From: Schmidtea nova
Lineage: Eukaryota
Assembly (NCBI GenBank): GCA_044892505.1
Contig: CM097884.1
Location: 144,770,001-144,834,000 of the forward strand
Direction: 5' to 3'
Length of the DNA stretch: 64,000 nt
Of this stretch, positions 35,806 through 48,680 are shown piece by piece. The notes beneath the pieces were generated by a model that did not search any database, was not told the DNA's origin, and worked only from the letters and a program-made list of their open reading frames with translations. Position 1 is the stretch's first letter, and every line of letters begins with the position of its first letter. A program made the translations under genes and the position numbers.

Positions 35806-36900
35806 AATGTAATGAAAATGATGTTGTTATATAAACTGTTAAATTATACACACCGTCATCCAATCAAAATGAAGTATTTTCTTTTTATAATAACAACCAA
35901 AATAATTTATTTACAAAAATTGCTAGACACAAAGGTGTACAGTTATTTTTATTACTCAGAATTTATTTCATTAAGGTTATAGTCATCGAACTCGTAATTT
36001 GAATGTTCAATATCTTTTATTTTTAAAAGTCCTAGATATATAATGGTGAAACCAAAGAAGCTTGTCTTACTTTAATGGGATATGGAGATTCTGACGAGAG
36101 TAAAGCGTGGATCAAAGGCTCAAAGCTATTCACAATGTGTTCTTCCCTACAACTGGATTTCATGGATCACCCGAAATATCTACTTCCTGGTGTCAATGTT
36201 CACATCAGACTGAAGCGATCAGATTCCACATTATCGTTTTATTCTAAAAGAGCAGTACCAAAATGTCAATTAGTTGATGCAAAATTTATGATTCGTCGTG
36301 TTCGTGTTGAATCATCTGTATTAGCTGGACATCAAGATGGATTTAATTCAAAATTTGCAATTTATCAAATGAAAACTAAAGAAATCGTGCAATTTTCTAT
36401 TGGTAAAGGTGCATCATCTTTCTACAAAGAACAAATATTCGGCGAGTGAATAATGATTTATTTTATTCTTGTCGCATTTCAAAGTGAAACTCAATACAAT
36501 GGATCGTATACTGCATCAAGTTCGAAATTCAAACATTTCAATGTAACTTCTCTATCTCTATCGAAAAACACTGATTATCGTCAAACATATACTCAAGATT
36601 TCGAATATGATAATTATTGTACTATATATATATATGCAGTCGATGGTCAAAAATATGGGATAGTTAGATAAGAATTTGAATTGTGGTATAAATCTTGCTG
36701 ATTTTAAAAACAAATATCCATTCTTTACATCTGTTTTGTCTACGGATTTCGATTTAAATCAAAGTCAATTACCTCAAAATGGAAATTTGAGATTAGATAT
36801 AAAGTTCGCTAAAGCTATTGAAGAACCAGTACATGTAATAATATATGGAGTTTTTGAAAATGAAATTCAAATTACTGCTAATCGAACAGTATTAGTTTGA
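35806..36900 (+). pseudogene. Maverick major capsid protein (double jelly-roll), frameshifted, 5' end lost at the LTR edge
   Basis: YNGETKEACLT, LQLDFMDHPKYLLPGVNVHIRLKRS, FKHFNVTSLSL, GNLRLDIKFAKAIEEPVHVIIYGVFENEIQITANR. Confidence 0.85.
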
Positions 36901-37029
36901 GCAGAGCTCGAACATTACTAGTTTGAACAGAGCTCAAAATTTATTAGTTTGAAAAGTATAAATGAATTATGAATATTCATCAAATTGTCATGGAGTAAGT
37001 TTATTTATCTAGTTCAATTCAGGTAAATT

Positions 37030-37352
37030 GAATAAGAAAACAGATATTAGGAAATCAATTTATTGGAGTATATCCATTAGATAAAATCACTTATTTAGAT
37101 GTCAACCAAGCCATAGTCGTCAATACTCAATCATCTACTCTAGGCGGAGAACATTGGATTTCTGTATACTTGAAACCAAGCAATGTAAATGCATTCGATC
37201 CCTTCGGATGTTATTACCCCAGTTTATTAGTTAGTAAACTACAAACATTGGGTAAACCGATTGTATATAATAAAATTCGGTATCAACATCCATTAACAAT
37301 TACCTGTGGACAACATTGCCTTGCATGGCTTAATTCTATGTTAACAATGTAG
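37030..37352 (+). pseudogene. Maverick adenain-type cysteine protease
   Basis: FIGVYPLDKI..IVVNTQSSTLGGEHWISVY..FDPFG..RYQHPLTITCGQHC carries the His/Asp/Gln/Cys catalytic pattern; start codon unclear. Confidence 0.88.
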
Positions 37353-37454
37353 TTTAATAAATGTTATTAAAAAAAATGACTTGTTATTTTATTGATATTT
37401 ATGGTTATAATGATAATTGAGTAGAGATTATTATTAAAGAATTATGTATTATGA

Positions 37455-37742
37455 ATGTTAATAATATTTTTTCACCAAGATATTGGATCTATAATGATGT
37501 TCTTTTTTTGGGCTGGAATTGGTGAACCTGAGAGATTAGAATGGTATGAAGGTGAAGATCACTTTTGCCTAACATGTATTTTGAAAGAAATTGAAGATGT
37601 TGATGCGATTTTTTATGTGACTGATCAAGATAAACTTACTGTTTTAAAGAGATATTTTCCCTCCCTAAGATTAATTAAGTATAATGCCCATATCGGGATC
37701 ACACAAACTGTGCTTATAAAGGTTGCTTGGTGGGGGTTTTAG
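37455..37742 (+). CDS. Hypothetical 95-aa Maverick accessory ORF
   Basis: Open frame between the protease and pPolB; no recognised motif. Confidence 0.35.
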   Translation: MLIIFFHQDIGSIMMFFFWAGIGEPERLEWYEGEDHFCLTCILKEIEDVDAIFYVTDQDKLTVLKRYFPSLRLIKYNAHIGITQTVLIKVAWWGF

Positions 37743-38319
37743 ATTATTTGAAAATTTAATTACAATTCTTGTTTTGCAATTGAAAATAATTGTTTTCCAA
37801 TACAAAAAAATAATTGCATTGCAATACAAATGCATGACACCTGCAGTCATCGTGCATGATTAATCATGTGATACTAAATATTATATGACAAAACCCCCCA
37901 TATGTGTATATTACATAATCACTCGGTGACTTATATATCACACCCAAAAAAATAATCATTACACAATCAAATGTGCTTAATAGAACCCGATAATTACGTA
38001 AATTCATATACAATTAAAGTAATTTCATATATTTGTTTAAATTAAGTCAATTTTTGTTTAAATTAAGTGAAATTTTGTTTTAATTAACTAGAATATTTGT
38101 TTTAATTAGATGACTTTTTTGTTTTAATTTTTAAAAAATATGAAATTTTATATTAAATATAATAAAAAAATATGAGTTCACACAAAGGGGAAAGACCACT
38201 AACATTATCTCCATTTAAATCAATTCTCATGTACTAAGAAAAGTCTTTTCGCATTAATTAATAAAAGTAAACGAGGAAATGATACTGGTTGTCCTAAACC
38301 GTTTAAAATAATTATAATT

Positions 38320-41300
38320 TCCGATGATGAAGATGTCCATTCATAAAATGTCGATGTTTTAGTTATTCCTAATTTACATGTTGTCCAATATGGCGGTTCT
38401 GTTGAACCTTTGGTTAAATATAATTTGAAAAAATCTCATGCCATTGTTAAAATGGATGTGAATTCTTTAAATTTAAATAAATAAATTATTCCTTCGCCTT
38501 TATAAAATAAATTTAATTCAGTTATTTCCTAAATGGGATATGTAAAAGTACAATTTTGCATTGATGTAGAATTTGAAAAAACTGGGCAATTTCAATCTTT
38601 TATAATATCAAATTCCGCAAAGCCAATGAGTGATACCTTTTTAGATGAAGGTATTGCTCTATTAAGTGAAAAAATGACTAAAGTCTGCGAAAATGGTAGC
38701 AATTGATCAATTAATAAAATTAAAGAAATAAGCTTTTAACTTACAAAATATTCACAAATAAGTAGATTGAGTGGTCACGGTTATTGTGCAACCCCACCAT
38801 CATTAAATGCAAAACCTTGCACTATCAATGTAAAAAATACCGATAACTTGTGCTTTATATATAGCATCTTGGCAATTTTAAAATACAATGAGGTAGATAA
38901 CAATCATCGAAATAGAGCATCTAATTATAATCCCTCAGACCTTGTTTTTAATCCTTCTGATTTTCCAATGAAATTATATAATATTCCCAAATTTGAAGCG
39001 AAAAACCTTGGGCTGTCTAGAAATGTCCTTTCATATGACGAGTATGATCTAAAATAATATTAACGAGGAAGATGAAGTCATGAAACATCCATTTGTAGAT
39101 ATTATTCATAGGTCAAAGGTTGTAGGTGGTTTTCCAATTAATTTGATTTTGTTAAAAGAAAGTGACTCTTTTCATTATGTAGAAGTTATCAATCTTGATA
39201 GGCTTTTGAATTGTAGAGATTCTTTGGATACCGATGTTAGGGTTCAGAGCATTTGGTGCGAACGTTGCTTGAATGGACTTAGAAAGACTGAGGCTTTTGA
39301 AAAACATCAGGCTTTATGTACACAAAATCAGTTAGGTACAACTATGTATACTTTGCCTTTAGATAAGAACTTGGAATTTAAAGATTGGTCAAAAATTGTT
39401 ACCCCTCATTTCGTTGTATTTGAGGATTTTGAGACTGTTTTACCCAAGGACGATAAATATTTTCAACGTCACTTGCCTATTTCTGCTGGCTTGTTGCTTA
39501 TTAATAACGTTACTGGCAAAAAATCGTATAAAAGCTTTTATGGTCTTAACTGTGTAGAAGAGTTTTTGACTGAAATCAACGATATAGGAAAAAAAGTAGT
39601 TTTGCCTTACTTTATAAATAATTCCAAAAAGACAATGGAATATCTTTCCCCTGCACAAATAAGATCATTTCGTAGTTCTACAATTTGTTATTTGTGTAAT
39701 AAACCTTTGACAAATCCAGTTAAAGAAAATGACCATTATACAGGTAAATATTTGGGGGCGGCTTGCTCTAAATGTAATTTTTCTCGGCAAATAAGATTCA
39801 TCATGCCAGTCATATTACATAATTTATGCGGATATGATTTAAATCATATTCTCAAGTATGGTTTAAATAAATTCGATAAATGGAATATAAGTTGTATTCC
39901 TACTACAATTGAAAAGTTTTTGACTTTATATGCAAGAGTCGATAGTTTAACTGTTAAATTTATCGATTCTTGCCAATTTGTAAGCTGTAGCTTAAACGAT
40001 GCTGTAAAGACTTTAACAGATTTTCCTCTTACTTCATCCAAATTTATAGGGACTATTATTACTTCCAAAGGCATATTCCCTTATAATTTTGCAACTTCTT
40101 TAGAGGTTTTACAAAATACATACAAGTTGCCACCGATTTGGGAGGGAGGTAATATCGACGAGTATGAAAAAGCTCAACATATATGGGATGAATTTAATTG
40201 TGATACATTGTTTGATTAAATGATGTTACACCTGAAATTGGATGTTTTCTTACTGCCGACTTTTTCAACAATTTAGGGCAAAGTCCATTGCACATAATCG
40301 ACTTGAGCCTCTTAATTTCTTGGGAATTCCAGGCATGTCATGGAGTTCTTCTTTGATGACTTTGAAATTTCCTATTGAACTGCTTCAATATATGGAGATG
40401 TATATTTTTTAAAATGGGGGATCCATGGTGGGTTAAATTTGTTAACCAACATTATTTAGTATCCTCCGACGACACTGAGCCTCTTTATATAGATATAAAT
40501 AATTTATATGGGTGGGCTTTAAGCCAGTAACTACCTTATAAAGAATATAAATGGGTAACTGATAAGGAAAAAATAAATAAAATAATTTATTACTGTGAAT
40601 CTGCTGATTTAGAAGTATTAACATTTGGGTTAACATTAGAAGTTGATTTAGAAATTCCTGATACGATTCACGACAAGCTGGATGATTTTCCAGTTGCCGT
40701 TGAAAAGATGTATCCACCTGACTCAAAGGTTGAGAAGTTGATGCTTACAGATTATTCCAAGAAGAACTATATTCTTCATTGGAGACTTCTCAACTTTTTC
40801 TTTCTCTTGGAGTAAAAATAACTCATAAATAAATTTAAACAAGCATGTATTTTTAAGGATTACATCGTTACCAATACCAGACTTAGAGCAGAATCAAGTA
40901 ATGCTCTGGGTAAAAATTATTATAAATTATTAAATAATAGTCTCGACGGTAAAACGGTAGAGAATCTTAAAAAGCGCATAAATTTAAGATTATGTAATTC
41001 GGCTTCTAGGCTGATTACATATACTTCTAAGCCAACTTTTAAAAGGACCTTCGAAATTGACAATGATTTGATTGCCGTCTTGCTTAATCAGGAATCTGTG
41101 TGTTTGGATAGATTCAACTACATTGGTCAAACTGTACTGGATCTATCTAAACTTAGAATGTACTAGCTGCAGTATGAAGAGTTACAAAAATATCGTAACG
41201 AATTCAACTGCGAAATCAACATCGTAGCTGGTGACACCGATTCAATTTTTCTTGAGATTAGAAATTGTAAGCTTGATATTCTTTTACCGGCCATAATAAG

Positions 41301-41690
41301 AGATAACTTACTTGACACTTCTAATTATGATCCGAATCACCCATTATACAGTAGGAACCTTCATTCTGTCATTGGTAAGTTCAAAGACGAGAATAAAGGG
41401 CTTAAATACGAGGAGTGGGTGTTTCTTAGACCTAAATGTTATAGTCTTTTAGGTGTCGAGGAAATGTATAAAGCTAAAGGGCCAACATTGGCAGGTACTG
41501 ACATAATACATCAGTCGTACCTGGACTGTTTTAATAATAACCAAATCTTTTATGTTTCCCAAACCAGAATCACAAGTAAAAATCACCAACCTTTTACTAT
41601 TAAAAATGAAAAGACTGCACTGACAAACGTAGATGATAAAAGGAAATGGGTATCAAAAAATAAAAGCTTGGCGTATGGTCATTATTTGGG
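38320..41690 (+). pseudogene. Maverick pPolB copy 2 (more complete; frameshifts and stops)
   Basis: INVKNTDNLCFIYS, WCERCL, DFET, DHYTGKYLGAAC..CN, HNLCGYD, FIDS, KGIFPY, DINNLYG, KLLNNSLDGK, AGDTDS, FLRPKCYS, DDKR. Confidence 0.95.
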
Positions 41691-42540
41691 AGGTGGCTTG
41701 GTGATATTTCAACATACCGATCCAAGAATCAATATAGATCAATGTTTTCAAGATCAAGAAGAAACAGTTTTATTAAATAAAATTTGTTGAAGAACTTTGT
41801 TTTTTAATTATTTAGTTATGTATTGTACAGATTAGTTTCAGTCTGTTTTTATAAATTTGGAAATAGTTCTTATATAATAATTCTTAGAAACTATNNNNNN
41901 NNNNNNNNNNNNNNNNNNNNNNNNNNNNNNNNNNNNNNNNNNNNNNNNNNNNNNNNNNNNNNNNNNNNNNNNNNNNNNNNNNNNNNNNNNNNNNNNNNNN
42001 NNNNNNNNNNNNNNNNNNNNNNNNNNNNNNNNNNNNNNNNNNNNNNTTATTATTATATTTTAATAAACTCTGCTAACGACAAACCAATTTTGTATTTATA
42101 CTTTCAATCTGAGCCAGATTAACGTCGTCTTCGAAATAGTTAAAGACAAGATTTTAATAAAAAATTAAAATTTCAAAGTGAGATTTATTCTTGAGAATTC
42201 ATTAAAAGAGGATTTTTATGAAAGAATTATTCTAATTTTGTATAGGGAAGTGATTTTCTTTTGATTTTTAAAATGTTTTTATTTAAAAAATAACATTTTA
42301 TTAATTAAAAGACTTTGACTCTCTATATGATTTTTTAAAATTTTTATAAAAAAAAGGATGCTCTAATTAATGAAAATAATTAAATAAAATATTTTTAAAT
42401 TTAATTTTAAATTAAAAAATTTATTTAATATATCTCATAAATAAATCTTAATTTGTTTAAATAATTAACATTAAATCAGAATTCAGGAGAAGGAAAATAT
42501 CCAGAAAGAAGTGGAATATCAATTGGAAAGAATTTCGCAT

Positions 42541-42577
42541 TGAGTGATCAGGATCTTTTAAAGATCGAAATATTTCA
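42541..42577 (+). ncRNA. Minimal hammerhead motif, family C (G3-C8 swapped core)
   Basis: TGA-GTGATCA-G-GATCTT(TTA)AAGATC-GAA-ATAT-T-TCA, with a tail ending in a long (TAA)n. Confidence 0.65.
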
Positions 42578-42623
42578 TTTAAATAAACATTGCGGAGAAG
42601 GCTTACTATTGTTACCTTATTAT

Positions 42624-42707
<84 letters not shown>

Positions 42708-42945
42708 ATAAGTAATAAATATTTAGTTTAATATTTATCGTATTTGAGCATAAAATTTTATGTTGTGCAGAATTTTATCATTTTGTTATATGTTTATAAT
42801 ATTTTGATTAGTGTTTTCATTGAACATTTATCATTTATATAATATTAACAAAAATGTAATAAATAAAAAAAATAAAAATAAACAAAAAATCCAAAAAGTA
42901 AAACAAAAAATACTTTAAAAATGGCACCAAAAAACGCGCGATAAA

Positions 42946-43170
42946 GTGTTGACGATAATCAACAAGAAATTATCTTTCAATGAAAAAATATTTATCAGCA
43001 ACAGGGACACCGAATTTCATGATGCATTTCAATCAGTTGAATTTATGGAAATTGAAAATTGGTTAATTGATATATCCATCCCAGGATATAAAATCGATCC
43101 AAAAGAATCAATGTCTCCAATTTGGAAAATAAAAAGTGCTGGAATTGCAAAGATTGAATCGCATAAATAA
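42946..43170 (+). CDS. Maverick-associated ORF-X copy
   Basis: Homologous to the minus-strand copy at 27.6-27.8 kb; both are followed by an AGGTCA-type array. Confidence 0.55.
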   Translation: MLTIINKKLSFNEKIFISNRDTEFHDAFQSVEFMEIENWLIDISIPGYKIDPKESMSPIWKIKSAGIAKIESHK

Positions 43171-43304
43171 CATTGATGGCATAGATGTAGATGAAATCGC
43201 ATAGATGTGCATTTATTAATAAATGTTGATCTATTCTCACTTGTTGCTTTTTGAAAAATTTTATGTTTTTATGTTTTTGAAAATTTTTTGTATTTTTGAA
43301 AGAT

Positions 43305-43400
43305 TTTTAATTTGACCTTGACCTCAGAATGACCTTTACCTTAAGATGACCTTGACCTCAAGATGGCATTAAAGTGCCCTTAAAATGACTTTTAAACATT
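43305..43400. repeat. TGACCT(T) array (reverse complement of the AAGGTCA arrays)
   Basis: ttgaccttgacctcagaatgacctttaccttaagatgaccttgacctc. Confidence 0.8.
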
Positions 43401-45885
43401 TCTTTGATGACTCAGCTAGTGGGTCAATTTATTTTAATTGGATGCACACATGCGATAACGTAATATGTCTTTGTTCCTCCGTTCACACTTCTCCCTAATA
43501 TGGTTGTTATCACTCTCACCGTCACTATTAATTTGTAAAATGTCAACTACACTGATCATGATCATAATTGCCAGGCGAGAAGGCAAACACATCAGGGAAA
43601 AGAACAGAATCGAAATTCAACAAACCTAAATTAAATTCAAATATCAATTACAGACAATCAATGAGATGGATCAAACAAAAGAAACCCAACCTACCATGAG
43701 CAAAAGAAAATTTGAACCCTGTGAAATGTAAAGACAACAAAATAAAAACATTGAACAATTGAATTTTTAATGTTACGTAGATAACCTCAAGTGATTTTTT
43801 AAAAACTGTAAATTGACATTTACCTGTACATTTATTCATATGGATATGGATATAATGATGTATTGTACAATTAATGACATTGCAGGACCCAATTTCGATG
43901 GGACCCCAGTGATATTGGGTTGACCAATACGACTCAAAGACCAAACAAATGAAAAGTAAAGTTAGAATCGCAGAAAATGATAAATAACTAATCAATGTAA
44001 TAAGATAAAAAGACCTAGAATAAACAAAATAAGGATAGGTTTAGATAAAAATAAATTACCGTTTTTCAATAATAATCAAACAACCTAGACCCAGAGAAGA
44101 ATAGAAGAACCTGAAATAAAAATCAAATAAATTATAGAAATGAAAGTGCAAATAACTAAATTATTACCTGAACCTCGACCTACCTAACGGAAAGGTCTAA
44201 AATTAAAATGATTAACAAAACGAATAAACAAATAAATTTCCACATATTATATGGCAGGTAAATCTGATTGGTCAAGACAAGGACCAGAATAGTATAAATA
44301 CTCATAGTAAATCAGTTGCGATTACCCTTATTTTTAGAATATTTTTTCAGAATTTGATTTAAGTTGTATCAGTTTGTAACTTTTTGATTATTGTTTTCAA
44401 TTTGATCATTGTACACTGTGAGATTGTGAATTTCGAAATAAAAGGTAAATTGAGTTTCATTTGTTTGTTTATTATGGATAAATCCTAATATGATCCTGTT
44501 TTCAAATAAAATCATATAAGAGCTAAGCCTTCGTGGTTTCTGACAACGATGTTACTGGCCTCTCTGTTATGCGGTTCTCCGGGCTTATGCATGTGCGATT
44601 AGTTGCGCAAAATTTACTTTGGGGAAGGGTTAAACATAGTTCATTTTGGCAAAATTCCTAAATTGTGTTTATTGACAGCCGGAGCATCCTGGGTTAATCT
44701 AGATTGCCCATGATGGTAAACAGATTTAGATGAGAACAATATCATCAATAACACCCAAGAGAGTTGTAAAATTAAGTGAAAACCCAGATCAACTACGTGA
44801 CAAAGTTTTATCTCAACACTGATAGATTCTCACTTAGTTGTTTGCGAATAATAGCTCAGATATCACATACTAAATGACCACAATTCCATTATCATACCCG
44901 ACTACGACAAAACGTTGTATGCAAACCAACAGTGTTACATTGACAACCATAAACATGACCACGAATAATACAATCTGATTCTACAGCAGATATGATCATT
45001 CTATGTCAACCACAATCGCGGAACAAGCTCCACATTGACCATCAAAACTGAAATAAACAACAGAAGGGTTTGAATAGAGCCATCGCGATTCACATCCTGT
45101 TATTGTCCATAACTACAAATAGCGACATTAATATTTTTACTTTTAATTCATTTCATATCCATTGGGAATGTATAAATTTCAATCATATCGCCGAATAACA
45201 ACGATGCAACCATGAAAATCTTTATTTAGTCGCCCTCTTCTAACTTCATCGAGTCACCCGGCGGCAATCGTGCTTGGAGTACAATTAGGAATTATGACAT
45301 CTCGGGCCTCTCAAGCTCGTGCCGCACGACATTTCTCGGTCAGTGGACAGGCAGATGCGCAGATGGAGGACAGAATTCAAAACCAGGTCCCTTTCTCGAT
45401 ATGGGACTTGGAACCGCTCGAGGAAATATGAGGACGTGGTGGTCCTAAGTGCCATTTCTCAGCTGAACAAGAACCATTCATAAACTGTGCAAATTAATTC
45501 GTGATGATTCGGGACAAAATCAACCGAGAAAAATTGGTTTATATGTCGGTCACATTCCGCGTGGAGATTTTAATATATTCGGCCTCATCTTACTAAATCC
45601 CCCACGATACATTCGAGCTGGTTTGGTGAAGAAGTTCAAAGAATTGCCTTTCACTAATTCGGAATGGCATTCCACAATTGTCGTACGGGAAGTATTAGGG
45701 TTATATTCTACGCTATGCTGGCATTTTGTAAATCACCGATGAGACAACAGTAAACTATTTTCTATTATCATGAGCGACATAATAATATTGGCGTTATACT
45801 ATCTGTTCTAACTACGGCAGAGGAGAACACGCTACATAATGTTACGATTGCCATTACACCCATTCATGCGCCCTCAATTAAGGAA

Positions 45886-46110
45886 TGTTAAATTCAATTA
45901 TTAATAGTAGTAGTAAGGGTTTAACGAATTTTTAGGTAACTTGTTAGGGGTTATACTTGTAATAGATATTAATTGTAATGTGGTGTTGACGAAGAGAATT
46001 GAAGAGCCCAACAGAGTCTCCAGTAAAACGTGTGTCAGGACAGTTAAGGTGTGTGTATCTGATGCTTGAATGCTTGTATGGTTGAGTTTCTGATTATAAC
46101 AACAAATACA
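45886..46110 (-). repeat. Diverged relative of the Gypsy LTR (U5 side)
   Basis: gagaattgaagagcccaacagagtctccagtaaaacgtgtgtcaggacagttaaggtg aligns with gagaatttgtaagaacccaaaagagtctcccaaaacttgttgtggggacaattggggtg (~28930-28990). Confidence 0.55.
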
Positions 46111-47684
46111 GAACAAATTAAATAGAAAATTTTATTTATAAAACGATAATATAATTAGCTATTACTAACGGATATATTCACGGATAAATAACTCAAGATA
46201 AATTAATTCAATTACAAAAGTTTTTTTAGTCAATAATTCCTTTTAATTTTCTTCTGTCATTCCTTTTGTATTTTTTCCAATCAATTTTTTAATTTTTAAT
46301 TTGCCTTTAGTAAACTATAGAAATTGCTTAATTGATTTTTTAAAATTTCATTTAAATTATTATTACGAAAGTTTTATCCAACATCCAAAAACATAAATAC
46401 TATCAATTCCATACGCGACCATTTCTACACAATAAACAAAAGGTGAACAACACAAAAGGGGGGGGGGTGGGAATCCAAACTGACAACACGGTATCACAGT
46501 CAATGATAAAAACAAATAATTCATATAGTATCTGGAGAGTACATTACAAGAAACCTCTGAGAAAGTCCGGCCCCAAGACAACAGAAGACGGAAGTTGCGT
46601 GACGCCTTATAGAAAGAAATTCGAGAACTTAGAAGGACTGTCGCTTGGCAGGCTCAGGAGATTAGGCAACTGAGACGAGTATATTTCACTCTTCCCAAAT
46701 TGCGTACACAAATAGAAAAGACTAACAGATCACAAAGAGCCCTCGTAGACCTCGAACTAGAGTTCAAGGCCATAAAGATCAAATTAAAGTCATGACTAGG
46801 CTCAATCTCTAAAACTTATATCGAGGAACAGCTGAAGTCCCAAATCCGACAATTGCTTAGTAAAGTTGGACACAAAAGGTACAAATACAGGTAAACCATG
46901 CAACAGCTGAAATTACAAATCATGCAACGCAGAGGTCTACCGATAGTTTTGAGACATTGGCCGGCTCTAGGAATCGTATAGGAGCCAGGTGACAGATGGA
47001 ACGCTGTATATTTGCGCAAAGATTAGTAATCCAAGAAGAGCGGCTCAGCGGTCATACGGATACCGAACTAATACACGAGATCACGCCTTTGTCCTAACAA
47101 ATAAAGTGTAGCTGAAATTGTTTTTTTTTCGTTTTAACAGTTACGACTTATATACTATAAATCTACTGATACGTCTATCACAATTGACTTAAAGACAGCA
47201 GAAACGACATTCTATCGGTCTTGGAATCCGAGTAGGCAAAGATGCGGAGTAGTGACCATCACAGCCACTCGCCTGCCTATTTAACATACGTCGTCAGTAA
47301 AATCACAGACGCGTAACATTTCTAGGGGTTTTCGTGGGTATCAGAATGGGTATCTGATGGGTACCACCGTGCACCAACACATTTTATAATTGTAATATTT
47401 ACCCAATTTTACATTTACAGCATCCTTTATTTAATTTTACTGAAAAGATTCAATTATATATAAATTATTAAAAAAATTGAAAATAATCTTTTATGTAAAA
47501 TGCACGTAAAAAGAAAAAATAATTCTTTTTAGTGTTTTCGCCCTAAGAGATAAAATCAAAATAAAAGCGTGGGTGGATATATGGCTTTTTTTTATATAAA
47601 TATTTTTTTTGCTCTAGATATTTTCATTCATTAGTTATGTCACAAATAAAATGTTTTCAATATTTACGCTCAAATCTTTATAAC

Positions 47685-48106
47685 CAGAGGGGTTTCAATG
47701 GTTTCGGGGTCCCTGGCGGTAAACATAAATGCGGCCCCTACCCTGTAAATTATATGATTCAAATAAAAATAAAAATATCCGTGATTAATTTTTATCATGA
47801 ATATAAAAAAGAAAAACAAAATAAAATAATAAAATTTAATGAAAAAAAACAAATTGTTAATGGCATTTGGTAGGCGTCATATAACTATATATTCTAGTAA
47901 ACAATAAGCAAAACATTTAAAAATATTAAAAAAAACATTTTAATTTACATTTGACTGACAAAGAATGACGAGATATTTGTCTCTCATTTTTTGGTGTTAT
48001 CAACAATTGTAATTTTGTTTGCTAATATATTTAGTTTTGATCGGACCCCCTCTAACGCGGGGCCCTTAGCGGGCGCAATGCGTGACACCCCTTAGAACTG
48101 CCTCGG
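47685..48106. mobile_element. Non-autonomous hAT-like MITE (Tip100-type), degenerate
   Basis: Imperfect ends CAGAGGGGTTTCAATGG / (rc) CCGAGGCAGTTCTAAGG; subterminal GGGGCCC and GGGCGCAA motifs; flanks TTTATAAC and TTTATAAT (7/8 TSD match). Confidence 0.55.
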
Positions 48107-48680
48107 TTTATAATGCTTAATTTTATTTTTTTATTTCATTTTAGTAAGAGCTTAATTTTAAAAAATTTTTATTTAAATAATATAATTTATTATTTTGTAT
48201 GCAGACGATAAAAAAATGTTTTTGTTTATTATAATGTGAAATAAATGAATTTTAATAATTAATTATTTAAAAAAGAAAAAAAATCAAAACAAAAGAATTA
48301 CAGATTAATAACGGTAGGAAAATATATTTGCGAGCCGAATAAAATTTCAGTCGAAATTAATAATTTGTAGCGTCAAGATATTTACAGAGCAAGCAGGCAC
48401 CGAATGGGGAATCCGCTAATAGGGAAAAGATTAACTCTTCTCCAAGACGTCTATGTTTTGCTCTCTTTGGACTCTTAACCCAACGGTTAGTTCTGTAATT
48501 TATTTGAATAACAGATTAAAACATTCGACATTAGCGTTATTTAAAGGCAACACATTTCTTGAATAAATATTTCAATTGGTGTATAAAATTATGGAGACCC
48601 TACGGAGCTATAATTTCAATTTCCAAAAGAAATGAGTCTGACATCCGTGAGAATTTTGCTTTAAATGTTCAAATTAATAA

